A stretch of DNA of 64,000 nucleotides from an uncultured delta proteobacterium (GTDB taxonomy: Bacteria; Desulfobacterota; Desulfobulbia; Desulfobulbales; Desulfocapsaceae), in contig CAVWXN010000008.1 of NCBI GenBank assembly GCA_963759125.1, positions 156,556 to 220,555 of the forward strand, read 5' to 3'. Shown piece after piece: positions 45,656-56,400 of this stretch (the stretch's first letter is position 1; the number at the start of each line of letters is the position of its first letter). Below the pieces are notes generated by a model. That model searched no databases and was not told where the DNA came from. It saw only the letters and a program-made list of their open reading frames with translations. The position numbers and the translations under genes are program-made.

Positions 45656-47506
45656 ATGGTTCAAAATCGTTCCCGCCGAAAAACCGATAATAAGAAAAAA
45701 CTACCAAGTACGCTGGTCAGGGCCAGGGGCATTGACGAACTGGCCCAGCGGCTATTGCAGGTTGAAACCGAGCTCAATTCAAATATCCCGACCACACTGT
45801 GGATCAGTGATCTACACGGTGAAGGTGACCGATTCAAGTCGATTTTGCGAGGCCGTTTCGGGGTATTATACCAGACCTGCCGGGAAGCACTGCCTAACAC
45901 TTTTACCACCGATAAGGTGCAGTACCTGGTAAGAATAATCAGGCAGCAGCAATATATCGTCGACGGCTCAATCAAGATGGACACCCAGGACGTCATCCTC
46001 TGCCTGGTCCAAATCCTCAAATACAAACTTACCAACGCCCGCTACCGTATTGAAGATATACTGATGCCGGAGTTTCGCGAAACGATCTCCAGGCTTTTAT
46101 CGGGTCTGGTGGTACCCAATCCCATTTTCGAGAAAGACATCATTTCTGCCAGGCTGATTACTCATCTCTGTCATGGCATACGCAATGTGCTGCTTGACCG
46201 TATCCAGGTTCTTGGCGATATCTTCGACCGGGGCCCTCAACCGGACAAGATCATTCGCTTTCTCTCCTCCTCTCCCTATCGCCGCATTGTCGACTATGTT
46301 TTTGGCAATCATGATATTCTCTGGATGGGCGCCGCCTCCGGAAACAAATCGCTGATTGCCGAGGCGATCCGAATTACCTCCCGATACGACCATTTCGAAT
46401 TCATGGATCGACTCGACTTCGACGTTTCCCTGCTCGAGTCATTTGCCATCTCAACTTATCCTGCTGAAAAGGTGACCGGGAATTTCAAGGCCAGGACCGA
46501 CAAGGGCAGATCTATGGAAAAAGCTCTCGCCGTGATCCAGTTCAAACTCGAGGAACAGACCATCGCTGACTTTCCCGATTATGGAATGGAGTCAAGGCTC
46601 TGGCTTGATAAGCTCTCGGCGATGCTCGAGAACAACCATACCGAAGGACTCAACGATACCTACTTCCCCACTATCGATTCTCAGGATCCAAGACGTTTAT
46701 CGGTGGAGGAACAGGAAGTTATCGATGACCTGGCTGGTCAGTTCATCACCAACAGAAAACTGAAGCGGCTGCTCGGTTATCTTTTCAGCATCGGCAAGAC
46801 CTATTCGATTTATAACGATATGTTAAACATTCATGCCCTGGTGCCATCCACCAGTGAAGGAGAGTTTGACGAATTTCTCGGCCGCAGCGGCAAAAACCTG
46901 CTCGCCTTTATCCAGGCTACCATTGAGCGGGTCGGCAACAATTATCTGGAAGGTAAAACCCAGGATCCACGAGACCAGGCGTTATTTTTCTATCTCTGGT
47001 GTGGGCCGAAATCACCTTTTTTCGGCAAACATGCTATGAAAACCTTCGAACGCTATTTTCTGGTCGACAAAGCTACCCATGTTGAACGGTCTCTTTACTG
47101 GCTGCATAATCTGGAGAAACCTGAATTCAAGACAAAATTGCTGAACGAGTTCGGGGTCAAGAGGGTCGTCTACGGTCACACTCCGATAGACTATCTCAAA
47201 GGTAAGCACATGGCCAGCGACGACGGGGTGGCCATCAATGTCGACGGCGGATTCGCTGCGGCCTACTACAATCGCGGCCACTCGCTGGTCCAGACACCGC
47301 ATCAGCTGTACGGTATCATCCTGCCGACCCCTGATGAAATAAAGGAAGCAGAACGCAAACTTGATTCGGCACCGCTCGATATTGAAATCATTGATGAGTT
47401 TCTTCATCCCAAAAAAGTCAAGGACAGCCAGGAAGGCAAGAAACTCCAAATAGAACGTGACCGGCTCATGAATAAGATAACCAAACTCGCAGCCGAGATG
47501 GAGTAG
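45656..47506 (+). CDS. fbp: fructose-1,6-bisphosphatase class III
   Basis: 616 aa with RBS GAGGAGGGG. The blocks [79 protein letters not shown] and VDGGFAAAY parallel B. subtilis Fbp (YydE) as recalled. Confidence 0.9.
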   Translation: MVQNRSRRKTDNKKKLPSTLVRARGIDELAQRLLQVETELNSNIPTTLWISDLHGEGDRFKSILRGRFGVLYQTCREALPNTFTTDKVQYLVRIIRQQQYIVDGSIKMDTQDVILCLVQILKYKLTNARYRIEDILMPEFRETISRLLSGLVVPNPIFEKDIISARLITHLCHGIRNVLLDRIQVLGDIFDRGPQPDKIIRFLSSSPYRRIVDYVFGNHDILWMGAASGNKSLIAEAIRITSRYDHFEFMDRLDFDVSLLESFAISTYPAEKVTGNFKARTDKGRSMEKALAVIQFKLEEQTIADFPDYGMESRLWLDKLSAMLENNHTEGLNDTYFPTIDSQDPRRLSVEEQEVIDDLAGQFITNRKLKRLLGYLFSIGKTYSIYNDMLNIHALVPSTSEGEFDEFLGRSGKNLLAFIQATIERVGNNYLEGKTQDPRDQALFFYLWCGPKSPFFGKHAMKTFERYFLVDKATHVERSLYWLHNLEKPEFKTKLLNEFGVKRVVYGHTPIDYLKGKHMASDDGVAINVDGGFAAAYYNRGHSLVQTPHQLYGIILPTPDEIKEAERKLDSAPLDIEIIDEFLHPKKVKDSQEGKKLQIERDRLMNKITKLAAEME

Positions 47507-47573
47507 CAATGTCACCAGTGGATTTCTCCGTAAAGCTTAACAACTAAACCGCTCAATTCGATCAGGATTCCCC

Positions 47574-48521
47574 ATGGATACAAACTACGGAATGGAGATT
47601 GTCAGGGCGACCGAGATAGCTGCCCTGACCGCGGCCAGAACTCAGGGACTGGGGGATTATATCGACATCCTCAACACCGCCCGGGGAGCAATTGCCAAGA
47701 CTCTGAACCGTTTGCAGATTGACGGCAGCCTCATCAACGACCGGTTCGAAAATCGAGACGATATTGTCGATATGCCTCTCAACATCGGTCAGGGGGGGCC
47801 AACCATGGATGTCATGGCAATCGCCCTGGAGGCCCACCATTCAGCAGCAACCGGCGGCAACAACGCCACCTCCTATGCGGTGATCGCCCCCAAGGGAGTG
47901 GTCCAGACGGTTCCTAACCTGAGCATGTATAAAATCGTCGTTGGCCCCGAGGTCGGCAATGTGATTAATATCGACCAGCCGCCGGCCATAAATGTCAAGC
48001 GTACGGCCCGGGCCCTTGGCAAATACACCGAAAATGTAACCGTCTGCATACTGAACCAGGCCAGGCACACACAGCTCATCAAGGAGGTCCGGCAGACCGG
48101 TGCCCGGATCAAGTTGATAGAAGAAGGCGAGATTTCAGGCTGTCTGTCAGCCATCATAGGCGAGAAAACCGACATCTACATGGGCTACGGCTATGCGCCC
48201 GAAAGTACGTTTGTGGCGGCGGCCATAAACTGCCTTGGCGGCTACTTCGAAGGAAAAATTCTGTACGAAAACAATCGTGATCGGGAACAGGCGAAGACAC
48301 ATGGCATTAGTGATTTCGATAAGATTTTCAGAACCCATGATCTGATTCGCTCCAAAGAGGTTGCCGTAGCTGCAACCGGCGTGACCGATGGCGAATTTCT
48401 TGAAGGTGTTCGCTTTACCTCAAATGGTGCGGTAACCAGTTCTTTTGTTGCCAGGGCCGAGACCAAAACCTATCGAAAACTTGAAACAAGGCACTTCTTC
48501 GACTATAAACCTGTATTTTAG
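47574..48521 (+). CDS. GlpX-like (class II FBPase fold) protein, divergent; two canonical metal-ligand positions appear substituted
   Basis: 315 aa and collinear with E. coli GlpX (EIVRATEIAALTAA...GLGD...; MYKIVVGPEVG; ARH..LI.EV...GARI.LI.EGE; YGYAPES; ATGVTDGEFLEGVRF). Hand alignment shows NTADGAA aligned to NTARGAI (Asp33 to Arg) and VDIAVDPIEGT aligned to MDVMAIALEAH (Asp85 to Ile, Thr90 to His). Confidence 0.75.
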   Translation: MDTNYGMEIVRATEIAALTAARTQGLGDYIDILNTARGAIAKTLNRLQIDGSLINDRFENRDDIVDMPLNIGQGGPTMDVMAIALEAHHSAATGGNNATSYAVIAPKGVVQTVPNLSMYKIVVGPEVGNVINIDQPPAINVKRTARALGKYTENVTVCILNQARHTQLIKEVRQTGARIKLIEEGEISGCLSAIIGEKTDIYMGYGYAPESTFVAAAINCLGGYFEGKILYENNRDREQAKTHGISDFDKIFRTHDLIRSKEVAVAATGVTDGEFLEGVRFTSNGAVTSSFVARAETKTYRKLETRHFFDYKPVF

Positions 48522-48573
48522 AGAAATCTAAACCGTTAATGACCCCCAAAAAACCTTCTGGAGTCCCAAGTCC

Positions 48574-49899
48574 ATGAAAAAAACAATACTCAGTTTTGTC
48601 CTCATAGTTCTGGCGATCTTTTTTATCCTGCCGTCGGTGGCAGGCGCCCGGCCAGCCGCATCGGCAAAATTCTCGACCACCCGTGCGGAAAATCCTAACG
48701 AGGCTCAGAATAGATTAGTTTTACCTTACGCCTTTCCTTCAGAATCCATGGGAACCACTGTCGGAGTTGGCGGTTTCACCAAAGGCTATTTCCAGGATCA
48801 ATTACTTTTGGCAGGATCCGTGTTCGGCAGCGTTGATGACGCCAAAGGGGTAGTCGGCGGCTTCTGGGATTACCTTCTGCCTTTTTCAAGAAGACTTTAT
48901 TTCACTGCCTATGGCGCCCTCAGCTATTTCCCGCGAAACCGTGCCTACACCCAAGTTCCTAGATTTTCATCCGATTTTGACCCCACCGTGGCCGGCTCAA
49001 ATGGTTCGGACCAGGATGATTACATAGAGGATGACGGCAACGACAACTGGTATGAGCTCAAACTCGAGTATGTGCTGCCGCTCGGCAGCATGAAAAATGA
49101 ACACAAAGGAAAATATAAACTGAAGAACGGAATCCTGCAGTCTGGTGCAACCGGCGGCGACAAGTGGAATCCGCTGGCGACAGGAATGTCTGTCCTGCTG
49201 CTCGGACAGTCCGGCAGGTATCAGAACTTCAGAACAGATACTGTCACCTATTCGGGCGATGCCTATCCCTGGGAAATCGGCTACCTCTATAACAACACCG
49301 ATTTTCCTACCAACCCGACCTATGGCAGTCTTCAATACATTGCCTATACGAAGGATTTCCACGATGGCAATTTCGGTTCATGGGATTTTCTCGAGTTTGA
49401 GGCCAGCAAATTTTTCGATCTGGGCCAGTCGAGATTCTCACGGCAGCGGGTGGTGGCCCTTAACTTTTGGACCGGCAGTTCTCTGTCCTGGAATGAGACC
49501 CTCAATGAGAACGGTGATGTCGTCATCGAAAACAAGCCTCCCTATCTCGACGGTGCTCGGCTTGGTGGTTGGTACCGGATGAAAGGCTATCCGAACAACC
49601 GTTTCAATGATCGATCTGTTATCTATGGCACTGCTGAGTACCGCTACACCCTGGACTGGAATCCGGTGGCGGGTGTCAACTGGCTGCGCTGGCTCCATCT
49701 TGACTGGTTTCAGCTCGTGCCCTTTGTCGAAGTAGGAAGGGTAGCGCCCGATTACGATCTGGGCGAGCTCTTTTCCGATTTGAAATTTGACGGCGGTATT
49801 GGCTTACGAGCGATGACGGCTGGTGCCGTGGTCCGTTTCGACACCGCTTTCTCCGATGAAGGAACCAATTTCTGGGTGATGTTTCAGCAGCCTTTCTAG
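48574..49899 (+). CDS. outer-membrane beta-barrel protein (Omp85/surface-antigen-like barrel, no POTRA region evident)
   Basis: 441 aa with a signal peptide, alternating amphipathic beta-strand pattern rich in Gly/Tyr, and the C-terminal motif ...FWVMFQQPF ending in Phe. Confidence 0.6.
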   Translation: MKKTILSFVLIVLAIFFILPSVAGARPAASAKFSTTRAENPNEAQNRLVLPYAFPSESMGTTVGVGGFTKGYFQDQLLLAGSVFGSVDDAKGVVGGFWDYLLPFSRRLYFTAYGALSYFPRNRAYTQVPRFSSDFDPTVAGSNGSDQDDYIEDDGNDNWYELKLEYVLPLGSMKNEHKGKYKLKNGILQSGATGGDKWNPLATGMSVLLLGQSGRYQNFRTDTVTYSGDAYPWEIGYLYNNTDFPTNPTYGSLQYIAYTKDFHDGNFGSWDFLEFEASKFFDLGQSRFSRQRVVALNFWTGSSLSWNETLNENGDVVIENKPPYLDGARLGGWYRMKGYPNNRFNDRSVIYGTAEYRYTLDWNPVAGVNWLRWLHLDWFQLVPFVEVGRVAPDYDLGELFSDLKFDGGIGLRAMTAGAVVRFDTAFSDEGTNFWVMFQQPF

Positions 49900-50035
49900 A
49901 TCTGCCAGCTCGCCTTTGATCGATAAGATAAATAGATTGACTAGTCTGGATATTCTGGAACCGCAGGTCTTAAAGTTTTCTGGTAATGGTCCGACGTATA
50001 GTTCACAGATCATCAGAACTAGATTGAACAGAAAA

Positions 50036-50872
50036 ATGGTTATGCGACTGGCAGTATTCTTTATAGCGTTGTGTTTGTTTACCTATGGCGGGAAGCTTTG
50101 TGATTCTGCCGTCGCCGGCCATGTTATCGACCGGATCAAGGCCAATGGCGAACTGGTTCTCGGTACCCCTGGCGATTTTCCCCCCTTCAGCGTGACCTCA
50201 GATCAGGGCGATCTGATCGGCTTTGACATATCCCTGGCCAGGGAACTCGCCAAGTCGATGAATGTCAATCTGCGCATTGTCCGGCTGCCTTTTCATGAGC
50301 TGATTCCTAACCTTGAAGAAGAAACTGTCGACATAATCATGTCGGGGCTCAGTATCACCCCGAGACGCAATATGGAGATCGCCTTTGTCGGTCCATACGG
50401 TAATTCAGGACAGGCCTTCCTGGGCAGAAACGAGATCGTCGAATCTCTCGACGAACCGTTAGATTTGAACAGGGAAGGCTTGAAGATTGCCGTACTGAGT
50501 GACACCACCGCCGAAATGACGGTTCGGGTCGTGCTGCCCAAGGCAGAGGCTACCTTTACCACAAGTCTTGATCAGGCCCTGATCAAGCTGCTCAACAATG
50601 AAATCGATGGAATCATTTCTGATTATCCATTCTGTAAGGTTGCTGAATACCGCTATAAGGAAAGGGGCTTCTCCGTCTACGATAAAATTTTCAGCTACGA
50701 ACAACTGGGAATCGGAGTACCCGCAGGTGACCCCCTGTTCATCAACCTGCTGGAGAATTATCTAAACCTTCTCATCGGTTCCGGATCCCTTAAGGCCATG
50801 CAGGAATTCTGGTTCAAGAGCAGCGACTGGATCGTCAGTCTGCCAGATTTAACCGTTCTCAAAGATTTCTGA
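50036..50872 (+). CDS. periplasmic substrate-binding protein, family 3 (amino-acid ABC / SBP_bac_3 type), orphan
   Basis: Start is chosen at ATG 50036 (MVMRLAVFFIALCLF signal). Sequence IKANGELVLGTPGDFPPFS..DQGDLIGFDISLARELAKSM.V.L..V...F..LIP.L....VD.IMSG.SIT..R is the SBP_bac_3 pattern. No permease or ATPase gene is adjacent. Confidence 0.8.
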   Translation: MVMRLAVFFIALCLFTYGGKLCDSAVAGHVIDRIKANGELVLGTPGDFPPFSVTSDQGDLIGFDISLARELAKSMNVNLRIVRLPFHELIPNLEEETVDIIMSGLSITPRRNMEIAFVGPYGNSGQAFLGRNEIVESLDEPLDLNREGLKIAVLSDTTAEMTVRVVLPKAEATFTTSLDQALIKLLNNEIDGIISDYPFCKVAEYRYKERGFSVYDKIFSYEQLGIGVPAGDPLFINLLENYLNLLIGSGSLKAMQEFWFKSSDWIVSLPDLTVLKDF

Positions 50873-50876
50873 GCAG

Positions 50877-52253
50877 ATGACTGAACGAAGAGCAAAATCA
50901 GATAATGCCCCTTCGTACTCTTCGCTTGAGAAAAGTTTCAAACAGGTCGTTTCACCCTTAGAGGAATTTCTTCACCAGGAAACTTCCTCCGGCATACTCC
51001 TGATGATATGTGTGGCGTTGGCGCTGGTCATAGCCAACAGTCCACTTTATCCGGCCTACGATGCAGTTCTTCATACCAAGTTCAGTATCGGTACAGAGAA
51101 ATATTATATCAGCCAGTCCATCCAGCATTGGATCAACGACGGTCTTATGGCGCTGTTCTTTTTTGTCATCGGTCTTGAAGTCAAAAGAGAAATCCTCATC
51201 GGCGAATTATCCAATCTGAGACAGGCAATTCTTCCCATCAGTGCGGCACTCGGTGGAATGGTCGTACCCGCCGGATTTTATCTGCTGTTCAACCGCTCGG
51301 GGCCCGAAGCCAATGGCTGGGGCATACCGATGGCCACCGATATCGCCTTTGCGGTGGGAATAGTCGCCCTGCTCGGCTCCCGGGTACCCAAACCGCTGGT
51401 GGCCATGCTGCTGGCTCTGGCTATCGTTGACGATATCGGGGCCATCCTGGTAATTGCTCTGTTCTACACTGACTCGATCCATATGGGCGCCCTCTTCTTT
51501 TCAGGAGTCTGCTTTCTGCTCCTCATCTGCGTCAACCTGGTGGGAGTAAGAAGCCCCCTGCCCTACGGAGTGATTGGTCTTATCTTTTGGCTGGCGATGC
51601 TGAAATCTGGGATTCACGCAACGCTGGTCGGTGTCCTGACCGCTTTTACCGTTCCTGCACGATCCTCTCTGAACAGCCATCTGTTTGGCGAGGCAATGAC
51701 AGATCTGCTGAAAAATTTCCAAAGTCAGATCCAGGAATCGGGCGATTCAAAAATGCTCGGGGTGCTGCGCAACAGCAGAAAACAGGCTCTTCTGCAAGCA
51801 ATGGAAAACGGTCTTCATAAGATGGAGAGCCCGCTGCAGCGGATGGAGCATACCCTGCATGGCTGGGTGTCGTTTACTATTGTTCCGTTGTTTGCCCTGG
51901 CCAACGCCGGGATCCCCATAGATTTTGGCAGACTTGGTGAGATTCTGCTGCACCCGGTTACCATAGGCGTGATCGCCGGCCTAATGCTGGGCAAGGTAGT
52001 CGGCATTTTCTCCTTCTCCTGGCTGGTTGTAAAGTCAAAGCTTGGTGATCTGCCCCAGGGTGTCACCATGCCCCAGATCCTCGGCATCGGCCTTCTGGCG
52101 GGCATAGGCTTCACCATGTCCATATTTATCGGGAGCCTGGCCTTCGAAGCCAACCCCGAGGCCCTGCTCGACGCCAAAATAGGCATTCTTTTTGCCTCGT
52201 TGGGTGCAGGAATCCTGGGGTATATCTGGCTCTACAAAACCACCTCCAAATAG
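50877..52253 (+). CDS. nhaA: Na+/H+ antiporter NhaA
   Basis: 458 aa. The blocks WINDGLMALFFFVIGLEVKRE, WGIPMATDIAFA and LALAIVDDIGAILVIALFYT are present. Confidence 0.95.
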   Translation: MTERRAKSDNAPSYSSLEKSFKQVVSPLEEFLHQETSSGILLMICVALALVIANSPLYPAYDAVLHTKFSIGTEKYYISQSIQHWINDGLMALFFFVIGLEVKREILIGELSNLRQAILPISAALGGMVVPAGFYLLFNRSGPEANGWGIPMATDIAFAVGIVALLGSRVPKPLVAMLLALAIVDDIGAILVIALFYTDSIHMGALFFSGVCFLLLICVNLVGVRSPLPYGVIGLIFWLAMLKSGIHATLVGVLTAFTVPARSSLNSHLFGEAMTDLLKNFQSQIQESGDSKMLGVLRNSRKQALLQAMENGLHKMESPLQRMEHTLHGWVSFTIVPLFALANAGIPIDFGRLGEILLHPVTIGVIAGLMLGKVVGIFSFSWLVVKSKLGDLPQGVTMPQILGIGLLAGIGFTMSIFIGSLAFEANPEALLDAKIGILFASLGAGILGYIWLYKTTSK

Positions 52254-52508
52254 CAGCTCAGCCCAGCGTGCACGTATCACACAGCCCTGTGAACAGGTTC
52301 GATTCAGTCAACAAAAACCTGAAGACAAAATATTTTTTCTTTCCCATATGCCTGTAATAACTAAATATATTTTTACCAATCACCTAAACTCAAGTAAATA
52401 GAGCCACTCTTTTTTTATGCCCAAGACGATATGATCATGGTATTTTCTAGTTTCATTCTGAAGTAATTCCTTCCCCCAATTTGTCATGGCGATCAGGGAG
52501 TCAAATTT

Positions 52509-53423
52509 ATGAACAGAGTCTTCTATTTACTGCTGTGTCTAACGGTTGTAATCGTAGCCAGCTGCGGACCAATTACCTCCAAGCAGGCAAGCAAACGGGA
52601 CAACACAGAATTGACCTCCGAACAGATTTTTGCGGTGATCGCCGATAATTCTCTCATCATGTCGGCCTACGATTTCAGCGGAACGGTCTATTTTGATCAG
52701 GGTGGTCTGTTGTCTGCCGTTGATAATGAAAATCAGCAGGATGTTGGAAAATGGGATTTAACCGATGAAAACCAGCTCTGTCTAAAATTCAGAGTCTGGT
52801 ACTATGGAGATATCAAGTGCTACACGGTATTCGATAACCAGCAGGCCGACAAACTCACCTTTTTTACCTCCAATGGGGCTGCCTACTACACGGCAATGAA
52901 GGTTGAAGGTGATCCTGCTGCACTGGCCAAAGAGATTGAGAAATCTGCCTCACCCAAGTCCGTTCGCCAGCAAATTGCCTCGCAACAGAGCCCTGCCACT
53001 GCCCCCTCGGCTGCTGCCGAGCCAGCCCCATCTAGAGACATTGAGATTGACCCTTCTTCAGAGAATGACAGCGGACAGACCGCCAAGCGTCTTGCCGGAA
53101 ATTGTCCAGGATGCAACATGGCCGGTATGGATCTCAAGGAAGCCTCGCTGGTCAAAGCCAATCTCCAGGACGCCGATTTGAGCGGAGCAGACCTGCGTTA
53201 CGCAAATCTCAGAAGAGCGAATCTCAACGGAGCTAACCTCAGGAACGCCCGGCTCAATCATGCTAACCTGCCGGGAGCAGACCTGAGCAACGCCGACTTG
53301 CGGGGAGCCGACCTCAGTGGGGCCAACCTGCTGCTTGCCAATTTCACTGACGCCGACGTAAACGGGACAATATTCACCAATGCCAACCTCGAAAAAACCA
53401 TAGGATTAGCGAGCAAACCATGA
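52509..53423 (+). CDS. lipoprotein with C-terminal pentapeptide-repeat domain
   Basis: 304 aa with a lipobox (VVIVASC). The C-terminal 100 residues or so are tandem A(D/N)LxX repeats (ANLQDADLSGADLRYANLRRANLNGANLRNARLNHANLPGADLSNADLRGADLSGANL...). The stop overlaps the dnaE ATG (ATGA at 53420-53423). Confidence 0.85.
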   Translation: MNRVFYLLLCLTVVIVASCGPITSKQASKRDNTELTSEQIFAVIADNSLIMSAYDFSGTVYFDQGGLLSAVDNENQQDVGKWDLTDENQLCLKFRVWYYGDIKCYTVFDNQQADKLTFFTSNGAAYYTAMKVEGDPAALAKEIEKSASPKSVRQQIASQQSPATAPSAAAEPAPSRDIEIDPSSENDSGQTAKRLAGNCPGCNMAGMDLKEASLVKANLQDADLSGADLRYANLRRANLNGANLRNARLNHANLPGADLSNADLRGADLSGANLLLANFTDADVNGTIFTNANLEKTIGLASKP

Positions 53424-56400
53424 GCGCAGGATTTGTTCATCTTCATGTCCACACGCAGCACAGTCTGCTGGACGGAGCCATACAATTACCCAATTTACTA
53501 AAAAAATGTGCCGAATACGAAATGGAAGCCGTGGCGGTCACCGATCACGGCGCCATGTACGGTGCCCTTGAATTCTATAACAAGGCCAAAAAGGCGGGCA
53601 TAAAGCCCATCGTCGGCTGCGAGTTTTACATCGCTCCCGGCGACCGAGCAGAAAAGGTTTCAGGAGAAGCGGGTCCGGCTTTTCACCTGATCCTGCTGGC
53701 TATGAATTATCAGGGCTATAAGAATCTGATGAAACTTTCATCAATTGCCCAGTTCGAGGGCTTCTACTATAGACCGCGTATCGACAAAGAGGTGCTGCAG
53801 CGCTACAGCAACGATCTCATTGCTCTGAGTGCCTGCCTGCATGGAGAGGTTCCCTGGCTCATTTCCCATAATCGGTTCGAAGAGGCCCGAAGCAAGGCCA
53901 TCGAGATGAAAGAGCTGTTCGGCGATCGATATTATTTTGAACTCCAGGAAAATAGCATCGAAGAACAGCAAACCGTCAACCAGGGGCTTATTCGTCTCAG
54001 CCAGGAACTCGGTATCAAGCTGCTGGCGACCAACGACTGTCATTACCTGAACAAGGAAGAAGCCCACGCCCATGATGTGCTGCTCTGCATTCAGACCGGC
54101 AAGACAATAAAAGATTCCAAACGATTCAAATTTTCTTCGGATGACTTCTATTTCAAGTCACCGGAGGAGATGAAAAAAGCTTTCGACTATTACCCCGAAG
54201 CTATTACCAACACTGTCGAAGTCGCCGAGCGCTGTAATCTGGAAATCGAGCTGGGCCAGTATCATTTCCCAAACTTCCCGCTGCCTGAAGGTGAGACCCT
54301 CGAATCCATGTTCACCAAGGCCAGCCGTGAGGGGCTCCAGCGGCGATTCGCTGCGATGAGAAAAAAAGCCCCCTTGCCCCCGGAGACTGAAAAACTCTAT
54401 CGAGACCGTCTCAACATGGAGATAAACGTCATCAACGAGATGGGTTTTCCGGGCTATTTTCTGATCGTTGCCGATTTCATCAACTGGGCCAAAGACAACA
54501 ATATTCCAGTCGGGCCCGGGCGTGGATCGGGAGCCGGCAGTCTGGCCGCTTATGCGATGTCCATAACCGATATCGACCCAATCCCCTACGGCCTGATTTT
54601 TGAGCGGTTTCTCAATATCGAACGCAAATCTATGCCGGACTTCGATATCGATTTCTGCCAGGAACGCCGAGGTGAAGTTCTCGACTACGTGCGTGACAAA
54701 TACGGCGGCAGCGAGCATGTAGCCCAAATCATCACTTACGGCTCGATGAAGGCCAGAGGCGTAATCAGAGACGTGGGACGGGCACTGGACATACCTTTTG
54801 GCGAGGTCGACAAAATCGCCAAACTGATTCCCGAAGAACTGGGGATGACCCTCGAGAACGCCCTCATCAAGGAACCAAAGCTCACCGAAGCTGCCGATCT
54901 CGATCCCAGAATCGCTGAACTGCTCCGGGTCTCACGAACTCTCGAAGGGTTGGCCCGTCACACCTCGACCCATGCTGCCGGAGTGGTCGTGTCTCCCCTG
55001 CCCATCACTGAATATCTGCCGGTCTGCAAGGGAAAGGAAGGAGAAACGATAACCCAGTATGACATGAAACACACCGAGATGACCGGCCTGATCAAGTTCG
55101 ATTTTCTTGGGCTGAAAACGCTCACGGTCATCAACAAAGCACTGCATCATATCAAGAGCGACTGCGGCAAAGAACTTGACATTGCAGCCATCGACATGGA
55201 CGACCTGAAGACCTTCAAGCTGCTTTGCAGTGGCAACTCCCTGGGTATTTTCCAGCTTGAGAGCAGCGGTATGCGCGAGCTGCTGGTCGACATGGCACCG
55301 GAACAATTCACCGATCTCATCGCTCTGGTCGCCCTCTATCGTCCCGGTCCCCTTGAATCAGGCATGGTCAAGGATTTTGTCAACACCAAGCATGGTCGTC
55401 AGGAGGCCCACTACTCGCTGCCCCAGCTTAAACCGATACTTGAAGAGACCTACGGGGTTATCGTCTACCAGGAACAGGTGATGAAGATTGCCAACGTACT
55501 GGCCAATTACAGCCTGGGGGATGCTGATATCCTGAGAAGGGCCATGGGCAAAAAGATACCCGAGGTTATGAACCAGGAAAAAGAAAAGTTCATGGCCGGT
55601 GCCCGTGAGAACCAGATAGACGAAAAGAAAGCCGAAGACATATTTGACCTGATGGCCAAATTTGCGGGCTACGGATTCAACAAGTCGCATTCTGCTGCGT
55701 ATGCCCTCATCGCCTACCAGACCGCCTATCTCAAAGCCCACTATCCTGCCCAGTTCATGACCGGACTGCTGTCCTGCGACATGAACAATACCGACAAAGT
55801 AGTTGTCTACATCAACGAGTGCCGGGAACACCACATCGAGGTGCTTCCCCCTGACATCAATGAGAGCGTTCAGGACTTCAGTGTCCGCGATGACAAGATT
55901 CGCTTTGGTCTGGCGGCGGTAAAAAACGTCGGCGAGGCCGCGCTCAACAACATCATCAAAGAACGGGAACAGAACGGCAGCTTCACTTCCCTGGTCGATT
56001 TCTGCAACCGCGTCCATTCCAGCAGCGTCAACAACCGGGTTATTGAGAGCCTTATCAAGTCCGGCTCATTCGACTCGATGGGCTGCAAAAGATCCCAGCT
56101 CCTGGCTATTCTGCCCCAGGCGATGGATCAGGCCAAGGCCCATCAGCGGGACAGAATGAGCGGCCAGATGTCCATTTTCAACGTGGCTCCCACCGATGCC
56201 GGTACAGTGGTCTCGGAGATAGTCCTTCCCAATATCGATGAATGGGACGAACTCGACAAGCTCAAGTACGAGAAAGAGACGGTCGGCTTTTATATCACCG
56301 GTCATCCGCTGGACGAGGCAATCGAAGAGATCAGAACGATCACCGATTCGGATATCACCAATCTCGAATTGTTCAATGACGGCCAGCCGGTCAGAATCGG

